This document shows, piece after piece, positions 25,062-52,510 of a stretch of DNA of 64,000 nucleotides. Below the pieces are notes generated by a model. That model did not search any database. It was not told the origin of the DNA and saw only the letters and a list, made by a program, of their open reading frames with translations. Location: contig CM102284.1 in NCBI GenBank assembly GCA_046563655.1, positions 434,001 through 498,000 of the forward strand, given 5' to 3'. Position 1 is the stretch's first letter; each line of letters begins with the position of its first letter. Source of the DNA: Yuukianura sp. NJ FZ-2021 (Eukaryota). The position numbers and the translations under genes are program-made.

Positions 25062-25374
25062 TAGCGTTCCATACTTTATTCGACCTCTAACAAAAAAAAA
25101 GCTTCAAAATGTTTTTTTTCTAGGAACAAAGGAGTCATGGTGTTACATTTTAGCAAAATTTTAGCAAAATGTAAATTTACTGCAGTGAACTTCTACAAAG
25201 CCTTCTATTAGAATTGGTGTGTCATATGAGAAGGCTTTGTAGAAGTTCAGTGCAGTAAATTTACATTTTGCGAAAATTTTGCTAAAATGTAAAACAACAT
25301 GACTCCTTTTTTCCTAGAAAAAACATTTTGAAACTTTTTTTTTTGTTAGAGGTCGAATAAGCCATGGAACGCTA
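25062..25374. mobile_element. Palindromic MITE (~145-bp inverted arms), probable TA target duplication
   Basis: tagcgttccat...atggaacgcta; the arms are nearly complementary along their whole length around a ~16-nt spacer at about 25210-25226. Confidence 0.85.
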
Positions 25375-25657
25375 AGCCTTGAGGGAAAGAATCGTGGAAA
25401 AGACAACTGCCTTTTGAAGGAAGTTGACGACGGTTACTTGGACATGGGATGGACAAGGGATGGACCCCTTGTCCATCCCATGGTCTATTTATATTTGTCT
25501 TCGGTTGTGGATCGGTGTCTGTACACTTGGAATATTGTGGTTCTTCTTACAATCCTAGTCTGCCACCAAGTTAGCGTCCAACTTCCCAAAAGTTTTTTAA
25601 TCAAAACAACTCAAAGTAAAGTTTATACTTAAGGATCATTAGAACAGCGTATTTGAA

Positions 25658-26085
25658 ATGGCCCAGTACGTAGAGATTCTTCGGAATGCGCCAGGAATGC
25701 AGGTCACTATTAGTTCAAATGGTGGGGTGCACCCGTTCACAGGCGTCGGATTTCCAGTCCAGCAGGCTTCCTGGATTTTTTCGATAAATGAAACTGCTCG
25801 AAACGTCAAATTGGAACTAGCTTGTAATGTGCCGGGAACACCAGGCAAGTAAATTAATTAACTATTGAGACAAAACTACAAAATTTAATTGTACTTCCAT
25901 TTGTTCCAACAGATTCCAACACGTTGAAGTTTGTGGTCGGACCACAGACACATACAATGGCTATTTTCGGGTTTCGTCGTAACAGGACTGCAGCACGACC
26001 CACGATCTACGGGTTCAAGATACGTTGCATCATTAACGGGGAATTACTGGAGCTGACAATGGAGATGCAAAAGAGCGGTATTTAG
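25658..26085 (+). CDS. Uncharacterised 119-aa protein (exons 25658-25844 and 25913-26085, GC-AG intron)
   Basis: ATG in gaaATGg context; the donor CAG|GCAAGT joined to aacag|AT gives a continuous open frame to TAG 26085; coding-like composition. Confidence 0.55.
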
Positions 26086-26267
26086 CTATATAAAAATAAT
26101 ATAACTGGATGACCACTGGTAATCCATTTCTAAAATTGTCTAAATCCGCTTTCTTTAACAGAATACGCAGCATTGAGGGCAAGAATTGAATACGCGGAGC
26201 AACGAGGACTTCTTCCGCGAAAGGTAATCCACTCGCCGGAACAAAATTAAAGGTTGAAGCTTGCAAA

Positions 26268-26848
26268 TAGGGATGTTCACGTTCCGTTTCCAGCAACGGA
26301 AACAAAACGGAAACGCCTTCGTTTCAGTTTCCTCGAATTTTGGAAACGAAACGACTGGGTTCGTTTCCGCTTCCACCCTCTCCGTTTCTGTTTCCTGCTT
26401 GGAAATGAAACGGAAACGGTTAGTGTGTTTTGGCGGGTTGTTTAAATTTTGAATGTTAAAAGTTCACATAGACAAGATGGATTTGCACTCAAGAATAAAA
26501 ATTAGTCACACTTCTGGCTAATATTGCCTGTTAAATGTCACAATAACCTAGTTCCTCAGACTAAAAAGTTGACGGGCTCATTGGGTCAATTGTTGACAAG
26601 TTGCCAAAGACAACTTCAGTGTTTCTGTAGTGGAAAAGGCTGTTGGAAAATACAGCTACATTTAACTATCTAATTTAGCTTATTTTTTGATAAGCAAAAT
26701 AAAAAATCGGTCTCCGTATCCGTTTTGTAACGTTTCGTTTCCGTATCCGTTTCCATGGAACGACGCCGTTTCGTTTCCGTTTCCTGAGTTCCCGTTTCGT
26801 TTCGTTTCAGTTTCCGCGTGGAAACGAAACGGAACGTGAACATGCATA
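26268..26848. mobile_element. hAT-family MITE
   Basis: Left TIR TAGGGATGTTCACGTTCCG, right end CGGAACGTGAACATGCATA; subterminal GAAACGG/CCGTTTC repeats; TSD cttgcaaa / cttccaaa (7 of 8). Confidence 0.8.
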
Positions 26849-27126
26849 CTTCCAAAAAAAAAATTGACCTCGAAATTGGTAAAAACTAATGATAACTGCG
26901 GTTTAACGTATAGTTATAATTTATGATTTTATAATTTTAGATAAGAGGTTCACAATTTAGGGGATTGTGACTGCCAGGGTTTGGAGTTTCCAGGAAATGT
27001 AGCAGTTACAGCTTCACATCCCCTTTTAGGATTCAGAGGACTCTTTAGTTTGAAACGTCGAATTATTCTAGACTTCTTTTTAAACAACTAACACTTTTTT
27101 TAAATAACTAAAACTAACACTCCCGT

Positions 27127-27598
27127 TAGGGATGTTAACGTTCCGTGTCCGGAAACGGAACTTCTGCCTATTTCCGTTTCCAAATATTTTAGAAACGAAA
27201 AATACGTCGTTTCCGTTTCCACTTGGCATTGGAGCATACTAGGAAACCAAACGGAAACGGATTAGAATTTGCGTTATTTGCTTAGGTTTTAACCTGAATT
27301 GTGAGCGAAACTTGAAACCAAAAAGGTTCTCTATTTTATCTGACGTATTTAACGTCAAATTTTAGTGTAACTTTTATTGCAGCAGTCACAAATGAGACAC
27401 TCGGAGAATATATGTATTAAGAGGAGACTAGTGGTTCAGAATTAGACTATGATTTATAGTAAAAACTGCCTTCGAGAAATTTTAACCTTCCGTTCCGTTT
27501 CCTCCATTTTTGAGGAGTTCCGTTTCCATTTCGGAAAAATCTCGTTTCCGTTTCGTTTCCTAGTGGAAACGGAACGGAACGATACATAACCATCCCTA
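27127..27598. mobile_element. hAT-family MITE
   Basis: TIRs TAGGGATG...CATCCCTA; perfect 8-bp TSD actcccgt; subterminal AAACGG repeats. Confidence 0.9.
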
Positions 27599-28560
27599 AC
27601 TCCCGTAAACAACCCCCATTAGTAAAAAGGTGTATAGACAAGTAGCGATGTTTTAGGATTTCATTTGACTTTGTAAATAAATAAATTTTTTGACTTATCG
27701 CACCTATATTGAATCTATATTTATATTCTATATTTCGTTCTATATTTCGGTTTGCCATTACTCTCTAATTTAGAATATTTTAGAATTGACCGTTCATCTT
27801 TTGATCCTTCATGTACAGGCGATAATGGTGGATAGAATGGCCGTGAGATTGAGACAGGGGAGGGCGCTGCCGCGTCAAGCACGTCCGGCACAAGGCAGCT
27901 CGACGGTTGCAGAGATCCTTCATTTTTGGAACGGAACACGAACATTTACAATTTCATAAAGTAGTCGGCATCAAACTTCAACTCAAGGACGTTATTTTAA
28001 TTTCAGGACTAATTTTATTTCCGTAAGTCTAGTACAAATACTTTGTCGAAGAAACTTTTTCGAAAAGCGTTGTTTTGAAATTTTTTTTTACTTTAGGTTT
28101 CATCTTGTTTTTTTTTTATCCGAAGACTTCGTCATCATTTTTGATTCAAATGACGTTCACATAATTTTTATTCTTCATAATGTATATTTTCATAATTTCT
28201 CAATCAGTGTTTTAGTGCACCCTCTGGTGCACTTTGTTCGTGAGGCTTTTAGCGAACTTTGCCGACTTTCATTTTTCCCCTATTTGTTATTCAATTTATT
28301 GTCAAAGTCAACTGTTGACTGACTTATTACTTGTTGGAAAAGAGTAATCGATTGACTAACTGTTACCATTGTAAATAACTAATTGAAGAAACGAGGAAAT
28401 CCCCTTGGGGGTATTCGGGTGAGTCATTTCGTTATGTCATGGGAATCCCATATCATGAGTTAATGAGAATAGGAAATAATGGCAAAATTAATTGGTTAAT
28501 GATTAACGTGATTTATTTGTGATCTTTAAGGCAACAGCCCATTGGAAACGCACATCGGAG

Positions 28561-44815
<16,255 letters not shown>

Positions 44816-45092
44816 AAAAGACGTTCGGAATTTCAGCAAAAACTGAAGAAAACTAGCTTTGTAAATAGTTGTGAGACTAAATGTTATGTTGTTGCTAAGC
44901 AACAGTGGCTTAAACATTATTTTAGGTTATGCTTATAATTTATTGCTTTACAAGGGTATGGTTACCTGGTACTGGTGAATTGGAATCTTGGTAAATTAAA
45001 AACTGTATTGAGATTGAGATATTCCCGTCATGACCCCAGGTCAATGACCTTGAAATTTAGTGATCTTGACCTACAGTCAGTGACCTTTGACC

Positions 45093-46761
45093 TTATTCTT
45101 GCATGTCAGCTGATACCATGTTCCTTCCAGTGTAAAACAGAGAAACAAGAGCTCCGAGTTGCAACTTTTCGTTGGTTCCAAGGGAAAGGCGACACTCGAG
45201 TTCGGCCATGCCTTTGAGGAGATGAATCCTCACTTCAGCGGGGAAGTCAATTCGCTCAATGAACTTGTGCACTTCGGTGACAATGTCCAGAAGGGCCAAG
45301 CCCTTAGAAGTCTTGAGGGCATAGATGTTGTTGAAGGCAGTCGTAATGTCATCAGATAGCATCCAATTTGTAATTTGTTCGACGTCACAAGGCATGGGAG
45401 CTCCAGTGCAGAGGTAGATGTGGTTCTCATTAATAGTTACTTCGTCATTGCGAGAGTCAGGATCTGAAGTGATACTGAAAGCCATGGCAGTGCTCTGCAG
45501 AATGTTCAGAACACGACGCATATCTCCGTCTCCCAATTTGAGCAGAACTTTTTTCGCTTCATCGCTTACACTCAACCTATAAAAAGTTTAAACAACTTTG
45601 AGTTTAGGAAATAGAGTAATTAGTAATTGAATTACAAAGTAATTTGTAATTGAAATACAAAGTAATTAGTAATTGAATTACTTTTCCTGTTCGATGACAT
45701 GTTGCAGGCGAGGAAGAATTTGATGTGGATTGAGCGGTCCAAATCGAAACCGTGTGCACCGACTTTGAATTGCTGGTGTGATTTTGCTCAAGTAGTTACA
45801 GATGATACAAAACCGGACGTTTTTGGCATACTTTTCAATCACTAGGTGAAACCAATTGAAAATTAGAATCAAAAACTGGAAGATATGAAAGTTAAATTGG
45901 TTTACCTCGTCTGAGAGCATTTTGAGCGTCATTGGTCATGGCATCTGCTTCATCCAGGATAATCAGTTTGTGTTTTGACTTGAAAAGAGTCTTGGTAGAA
46001 GCAAAAGTCAGAATTTGACCTCGTACTATTCCAATCCCACGGTCATCGGAGGCGTTCAACTCCAGAACCATTGAGTTGAATTCATTCTTGGCGTACATTT
46101 GCCTAGCAACTGCAAGAATTGTGCTAGTCTTCCCAGTACCTGCAATACAGAAACAAAAAACGTTGACAAAAGATCAATGAGCGAATATAGTAGGTAGTTT
46201 GAAGGTGAGTTTTCATCGGATCGACACCCAGATTTAATCGCCTTATCAAATTGGACTAGAAATGTAAGAGGAAAGTTGGAACGAGTAACTAGGATTCTAA
46301 AAAAAAGTGAAGCGCTGGAATTCTGTGGGCTGCTATTCTTGAAGAAGAGAATCGTGAAGGAATCAGTGATGTTACTGGAAATGTCAATGATTGTCTCACC
46401 CGGTGGTCCATAAAACAAGAGATGTGGCAGTTGGTTCTTCGCAATGAACTTCCGAACTGGAAACAACAATTTAGCATCTCAGACGTAAAGCAGATGTAAA
46501 CATTACATCAAATGTACATTTACGCACTTGTAGTAATAATGTCCGTATGAGAAATCAATTCATCAAGGGTAGCCGGTCTGTACTTCTCCACCCTGAAAAT
46601 ATTTACTCAACATTAGCCAAAAATGAACAATGTCTGCCAGTGGTTTGCATAAATCAAAATTTTTGGATTTTTCGCTTGATTGCATTTTTACATTTATACA
46701 ATTCAATACAATTGAGTTCAATTTACCAAGGAAGATTCAGTACATAGGGCTTTGATGACAT
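45093..46761 (-). CDS. RFC5: Replication factor C subunit 5 (36 kDa; yeast Rfc3-like)
   Basis: [50 protein letters not shown]-terminal [12 protein letters not shown] is typical of RFC5. Confidence 0.92.
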
Positions 46762-47921
46762 CTTTCACTGTCTCCGTCTCAGCTATTGGTTGACGATGTC
46801 AAGGTCAAAGGTCAAGGTAAATCTTAAATGTAGAAATAAGAAAGAGCAATTTGGAAAGAAAGAAATAGCAAAATCTACCAAATTGAAATTTAACTTATAA
46901 CTAATATGTACCAAAAAAACAAAGAAAACGTGGTAGTACTAAAAGACACCCACTAACCACCACCCAATTGTATCACATACTGCCAAATTGCACCTTTATT
47001 TACTGTTTTGCCTATTTTTACAAAACATTGCCTACTAAAATATGAAATTACTTAATTTAATAAATTTATACTTTTTTCATTTAATTGATTATAATATAGT
47101 AGCATAATTCAGTTGAATAGACGGTGTTGTTGCTTATTGATGCAGTGGATTATTTTATAATCATAAAGTTTGACGTCACCTCTAGAACAACCCCAAATTA
47201 ATATTTTTACCGCCTTCGCGGTTTTTTATTTGAAAAGTTTTTTTTTGCAACTGTGGGTCTCATCTTGCCCCATATTAGTTACTAAAAGTACCTTAATTTT
47301 AAAACTGAAGACATGGAAGCACATACTAAGTAGTTTGAGGTAATTAATTCAATGATTTAAGTTAATTTCAATTAAGAATGAGACACTAAATGTTTATGCT
47401 TTGAATAAAATATGCTTTGTCTTGAACAATGACAACTGAGAGGGTGGATTTGCCGAATGTGTCAATTTGCTATTTTGCTCCATCTGGAGTCTCCCAGTGG
47501 AAACAACTTTTGTGTGAAATTGAATCTGTCTGTGTCGATCTCGGCGTGTTGTAAAAGAGCACGGGAACATCTTCCTTAGATTTGGATATTTTTAGTGATT
47601 AATTGGATCAATCGTTCTGTAAATTAATCTTAAAAGGTAAGTTTAAATTGTTGAGCATCTTTGTTTCTATCATTGGTTACAGTAGAGTATAAGTTAGCAC
47701 AGTCTTGTTGCTGAAGGCGAAGGCTATAACATAAAGAAACAGAAATCTGTTCGAAATTCCAACCGGCTGATTGATTTTCACTGACCAATAACAAATTACA
47801 AGACTAAATCTGGGTGCATGATCAATCGTACATTAAATTTGTACAAACCGATTGAACCTCAGAGTACTAAGTATTGCAAAAATTGCCTTCGATACATGCT
47901 AATTTTGTGATTTGTTTTCAG

Positions 47922-49035
47922 ATGGGTCGAGTAATTCGTGCTCAGCGTAAGGGCGCCGGTTCCATTTTCGTCGCTCACACTCATCACAGGAAGGGAGCTC
48001 CCAAGTTGCGACACATGGACTATGCAGAGAAGCATGGTTACATCAAGGGAGTGATTAGGGAGATTATCCATGATCCAGGTCGAGGAGCTCCATTGGCAGT
48101 TGTAAACTTCCGAGATCCTTATAAATTCAAGACTCGGAAGGAACTGTTCATCGCTGCCGAGGGAATGTACACTGGACAATTTGTGTACTGCGGGAAGAAG
48201 GGTAAGTCATAACACCAAAACCTCAATGAATCAAAGTCCGAAGTAAAGATTCATTGCGATCATTGTATTTTACTTATTGCCATTGTTTATTTTTAGCCAC
48301 TCTCCAAATTGGGAACATCTTGCCTGTCGGAGTCATGCCCGAAGGTACGATTGTCTGCAATCTGGAGGAGAAGACAGGAGATCGTGGACGTTTGGCCAGA
48401 ACTTCTGGAAACTACGCTACCGTGATTGCCCACAACCCGGACACCAAGAGAACCAGGTAAATCCTTTCAATTTCATCATCAATCGACAGATTCAATTGGA
48501 TGTTGATGTTGCTGTGATGACCATTGATGTTCAGTCTCAGTGATGATGTAATGTAATGATCATTGATGTACACTGATGATGATATGATGAAGATCAATGA
48601 TCATCATTTTCATTGATGATGTGATGAAGATCGTAGATCATCCATTGACGAAGCTTCGTTGTGGTTTTATTTTAGTTAATTAATTTCGTCATTTACAGAG
48701 TCAAACTTCCATCAGGAGCGAAGAAAGTGATCCCTTCCAATAACCGAGCCATGGTTGGGATTGTTGCCGGAGGTGGGCGAATTGACAAGCCAATTCTGAA
48801 GGCCGGTCGTGCTTATCACAAGTACAAGGCCAAGAGGAACTGCTGGCCAATTGTTCGTGGTGTTTGCATGAACCCAGTCGAACATCCCTTCGGAGGAGGT
48901 AACCATCAACACATCGGTAAAGCCTCTACATGTAAACGTGGAACATCCGCCGGAAGGAAAGTGGGTCTCATCGCTGCCCGAAGAACTGGACGTATCCGAG
49001 GAGGAAAGAAGACCATCAAGGGAGCAGAGGATTAA
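47922..49035 (+). CDS. RPL8: 60S ribosomal protein L8 (uL2); exons 47922-48201, 48297-48456, 48700-49035
   Basis: [45 protein letters not shown] at about 49073. Confidence 0.97.
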
Positions 49036-49123
49036 GTTCTTTCTTATACGGTTACTCTTTTCTTTTTATTCTAATAAATTCTGGTATCCACGGATATGCT
49101 GAGCACCGACGAGGTATGCATGC

Positions 49124-49488
49124 TGCAACAACCCCGCAGTCCCTGAGACCGAAACTGTGATTTCCTCTACAGGGAAATCTGCAGTTCAGGTCGAATCTTC
49201 CTGGAGAGAAGATTTGACCTGAGGTCAACAATGCTTGGTTCTCCTAATGTGCCAACATCAACTGGAAAATGAAATGGTCGAGAACAACAAAGTGAACTAA
49301 TGGAATAACTTTTATTGAGATGTTCACTTGTTGAAGGTTGGGAAGAGACTCCCGCTACAGAAAATGCGAATAAAGATCTTTCTGTAACCTACACTCAGAG
49401 AACATAGTCCTCCTACTTTACCTATGCCTAACTACTCGGTTTCCTCCGGAGTTCCGAATCCGTCCCTCGTCAGTCCCTGTCCGCTTCA
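49124..49488 (-). repeat. 3' LTR
   Basis: Identical by eye to 53385-53749; AATAAA on both strands. Confidence 0.95.
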
Positions 49489-50486
49489 TATTGCGCCCGC
49501 GAAACGCGCCTCCATCAGCGCCATCTCCATGCACGGTCCTCCGACCTCGACCAGCGGATAAAATCTTCGTCTTCTTATCGTCTCGTTTCCACTCGACACG
49601 TCCAGAATTCCCACGTTTTGTCTTAAGTTTCTCCCGTTTCTTCATGTTAGTTGTTTGAGTCAAATGAATTCTGTTGACTGGACATTGTTCAAAATAGAGG
49701 TTCCGGAATTGTTTTCTTTCCAAAATATTGCTTTTCTGTCCGGTTGTTGGTTGACTTTCGGGCATTCTTGCCTGTTGTGTCCATTCGAGAAACAAATGAG
49801 TAAATCTTTGAAGTTAGACTGTTGAATTGTTGTAGGATGTAGTAACTGTCAAAACTTGTCTCTGATGTTGTTAGATGTTGATCTGCAACTCATCAGTTAT
49901 GTCAGCAATGTCTTCTTCAGCATATCGTTGTGCCAATTTGTTTTGAAGTAAAGTTGCGTTTCGACTGCTTGTCACTTCCATTGGTTTGTCAGTAAATTGA
50001 GTGTTCTTGACACTTTCGTCAGAAGTCGGCAATAATTTTGATTTCTTCTTCACTTCAACGTTTGTTTGACATTGTCGACTTCTTCTACGGAGAAGTCAAC
50101 ACCGATTTTCTCTTCAGGAAAATCAGTACCACGTTTTTACAAGTAGAAATTCTCTCTTCCGGAGAATTCCAATTTCCAATGTCCTCTACAGGGAATTTAG
50201 AGTAAATCTTTAGACTGTTTGTGCTGAATCTGGAGAGCATTTGAGATATTTAGATAAATGATTGTAAGTTTGCGCTCTAAAGTGAGGTTGTGACTAAAAC
50301 TCTGACTTAGCGGAAACTGCTTAACGTCAACGTACGATTTTCTATAGTAACGACTAAATGTACTGGACTATATTATTTCAGTACTATTAAATAATTCAGC
50401 AAAATTATAAATCTATTACATTATGATTTATACTATAATAATTTGAATATTTTCTTAACTAATGATTAATTATTATTTTGCCTTAA

Positions 50487-52064
50487 CTAATGACGTAGGC
50501 CTGCCAATGACCTATAATTTACTTGTTTTCTTTCGCGTAATTTGCTGGTAACTGCTGGACTTGTCGGAATGTCACTGGTTGCTTTCTTCTCGCGTAACTT
50601 CCTGGTAATTGGTTGACTTTTCCGAATGTCATTGTTCTTGATTTCTGACACAGTTTCTTCTCGAACAAAAAATGGTTTTAGCTCCAAAGCGTGACGTCTC
50701 CCGAATTTCTTGTTTGTGACTGGATCTGCTAACTCGTAGCTTGCGTCTGCGGTTTTTGATGTAATTTTGAAAGGGCATAGCCGTCGTTTTGAAAATTTTT
50801 GCATCATCTCATCGTCCTTTTTGGGAATTGGGTGATTTCGAATTAAGGCTACATCACCACTGTCGTATATAACATCTCGATGAGAACTGTCGTAATTTTT
50901 CTTATTTTCTTCACGTTCCTCCTCCATGTTCTCGCGTACCCATTTGATTAATTCTTGAAGTTTCTCGGGTAAACTTGTCAATTTCGCGCTTTCTTCATCA
51001 AAATTGGTGTTTCCTTTAGCTTCCAAATTTCTGTCAAACGGAAGTGGCAAATCGTTGCCTAAGTTCAAAAGGGCTGATGTAAATTTTGGTTGTGGTAACC
51101 CAGATGGTAGGGTATTGTCTGGCTTTGTCGTTTGACAAATTTTGCATGACTTGACGTAGTCAGCAGTGTCCTTATTCATTCTGTTCCAGAAACATCGATC
51201 TTCGATTTCCTCTTTTGTCTTCTTAACTCCAAGATGACCTGGCTTCGGTGCATCATGAAAAATCTTCTGAATTTCATTTTGGAGTGACGTTAGGATAACT
51301 GGAATCTTGATTTTTTGCAAAACGCGCTTCTGTTTTGACATATTGGGTTGGTTTGACTCTGGTACGATCCCTGCCGACTGAACTTGATTAGGTTCCTCCG
51401 CACTGGATGTACATTTTTGGAAACCCGGAATTTCCATTTTTTGAATTTGAGTTTCAGCTACTTTTGAGTGAACCTCGGTAGTATCTGCGAGAGAGTACTT
51501 TTTGATTCTCTTGAGCGGAATCTCGACTTGACGCTTCACTATTCCAACTTCAATTAAGAAGTGTGTACACTTGGAATTTGAAGGGTCATCACGAATCAAT
51601 TTCTTGAGACGTGAAGTTTGAATTTCATTTTCTTGATCAATTTTGATTTGGTTCGAAGTCGGTGTCTCGTAACAGAAACACACAAGGGTACAGACGATCT
51701 CTTCTGGATCGTCCGTTCCTTCAGTGTCATGACTGTCAACTGGAGCTCGTGAGAGAACGAAAATGTGTGCACTCCGTTCCGGTTTCTTTAGGATTTTGGA
51801 GATGAATAAGATTGGCCGATCCTTTCCATCTAAAGCTTGAACTTGCGCGGTGCCCAAGCTAATGTCGGATGCGTCACATTTGAGAATAATTGGAATTTTG
51901 GATTGAATTTTGATTTTTGATTGGATGTGTTTTGTCAATTGTTCTGTCATCATGCAAAACTTAGACACTGAGTCCAAGAATGCAGAAAATTTGAATTGAA
52001 TTGAAATAACTTGAGTTGTAGGTACACCTCTTGAGATTTTGTGGATTATCGGGAGAACACACAT
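50487..52064 (-). CDS. Internally deleted Pol-like ORF (RNase H N-terminal part, integrase HHCC zinc domain, GPY/F-like region; no RT or DDE core seen)
   Basis: ILKCDASDISLG..DRPILFISKIL (RNase H start); FHDAPKPGHLGVKKT..FWNRM..VKSCKICQ (HHCC); KFSKRRLCPFKI (GPY/F-like). Confidence 0.8.
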   Translation of the reverse strand: MCVLPIIHKISRGVPTTQVISIQFKFSAFLDSVSKFCMMTEQLTKHIQSKIKIQSKIPIILKCDASDISLGTAQVQALDGKDRPILFISKILKKPERSAHIFVLSRAPVDSHDTEGTDDPEEIVCTLVCFCYETPTSNQIKIDQENEIQTSRLKKLIRDDPSNSKCTHFLIEVGIVKRQVEIPLKRIKKYSLADTTEVHSKVAETQIQKMEIPGFQKCTSSAEEPNQVQSAGIVPESNQPNMSKQKRVLQKIKIPVILTSLQNEIQKIFHDAPKPGHLGVKKTKEEIEDRCFWNRMNKDTADYVKSCKICQTTKPDNTLPSGLPQPKFTSALLNLGNDLPLPFDRNLEAKGNTNFDEESAKLTSLPEKLQELIKWVRENMEEEREENKKNYDSSHRDVIYDSGDVALIRNHPIPKKDDEMMQKFSKRRLCPFKITSKTADASYELADPVTNKKFGRRHALELKPFFVREETVSEIKNNDIRKSQPITRKLREKKATSDIPTSPAVTSKLRERKQVNYRSLAGLRH

Positions 52065-52100
52065 CGAGGTGGTTATTGGTGTCTCCCTTGGGAGTTTAAA
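52025..52100 (-). promoter_or_regulatory. -1 programmed ribosomal frameshift signal (U_UUA_AAC + H-type pseudoknot)
   Basis: Heptamer in phase with ORF1; 6-nt spacer; stem 1 GGGAGACAC/GUGUUCUCCC; stem 2 CACCUC/GAGGUG; the -1 frame is the Pol-like ORF. Confidence 0.8.
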
Positions 52101-52510
52101 TCTGGTTTCTGATTGGTACTCTCGGCATCATTTTGTTCATTAACTTGACTCGATTCTGGAATGCGAACGTAATCTGCTCCACTCGGTACAGCACGTGAAC
52201 TGGATTGACCAGAAGCCGTAGTGCGCATGCCTGTTGTTGCTGTTGGAGCTTGGGTTGTGATAGTTGAAGCAGTAGATGAGACGATAGGGACTTGGTTTGC
52301 TACAGTTCGTTGAACAACGGAACTTGCATCTGAACTTCCATTTGAGTAATCATCTTCATCTACTGGATTTTGAATTTGCATGTCACTTTCAACATCATCA
52401 TCATCAATTGGTTCTTCAGGAATTTGATTTATGTTTTGTCTGTCCATGTTAAATCCTTGTAGGAATGCACGAGAGTTTCGATCCAAATCTCTCACTTCCC
52501 TTCTGCTCAT
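52073..52510 (-). CDS. Short ORF1 in the gag position (145 aa, low complexity)
   Basis: First ORF after the 5' UTR; it overlaps the Pol frame at a slippery heptamer; no capsid or zinc-knuckle motif recognised. Confidence 0.55.
   Translation of the reverse strand: MSRREVRDLDRNSRAFLQGFNMDRQNINQIPEEPIDDDDVESDMQIQNPVDEDDYSNGSSDASSVVQRTVANQVPIVSSTASTITTQAPTATTGMRTTASGQSSSRAVPSGADYVRIPESSQVNEQNDAESTNQKPDLNSQGRHQ

Noticed and set aside
47637-47921. H/ACA snoRNA in the RPL8 5' intron (AGAGTA boxes, hairpins)
   Set aside because: The second hairpin is too short and the boxes too degenerate to support by eye.
48457-48699. Box C/D snoRNA in an RPL8 intron (GTGATGA at about 48514, CTGA at about 48573)
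   Set aside because: The intron is a TGATGA-rich low-complexity tract, so the boxes are expected by chance. I saw no terminal stem or recognisable rRNA guide; snoscan would be needed.
49418-50053. Small ORFs in the retroelement 3' region as an env remnant
   Set aside because: No signal peptide, furin site or TM helix; one ORF runs into the LTR.
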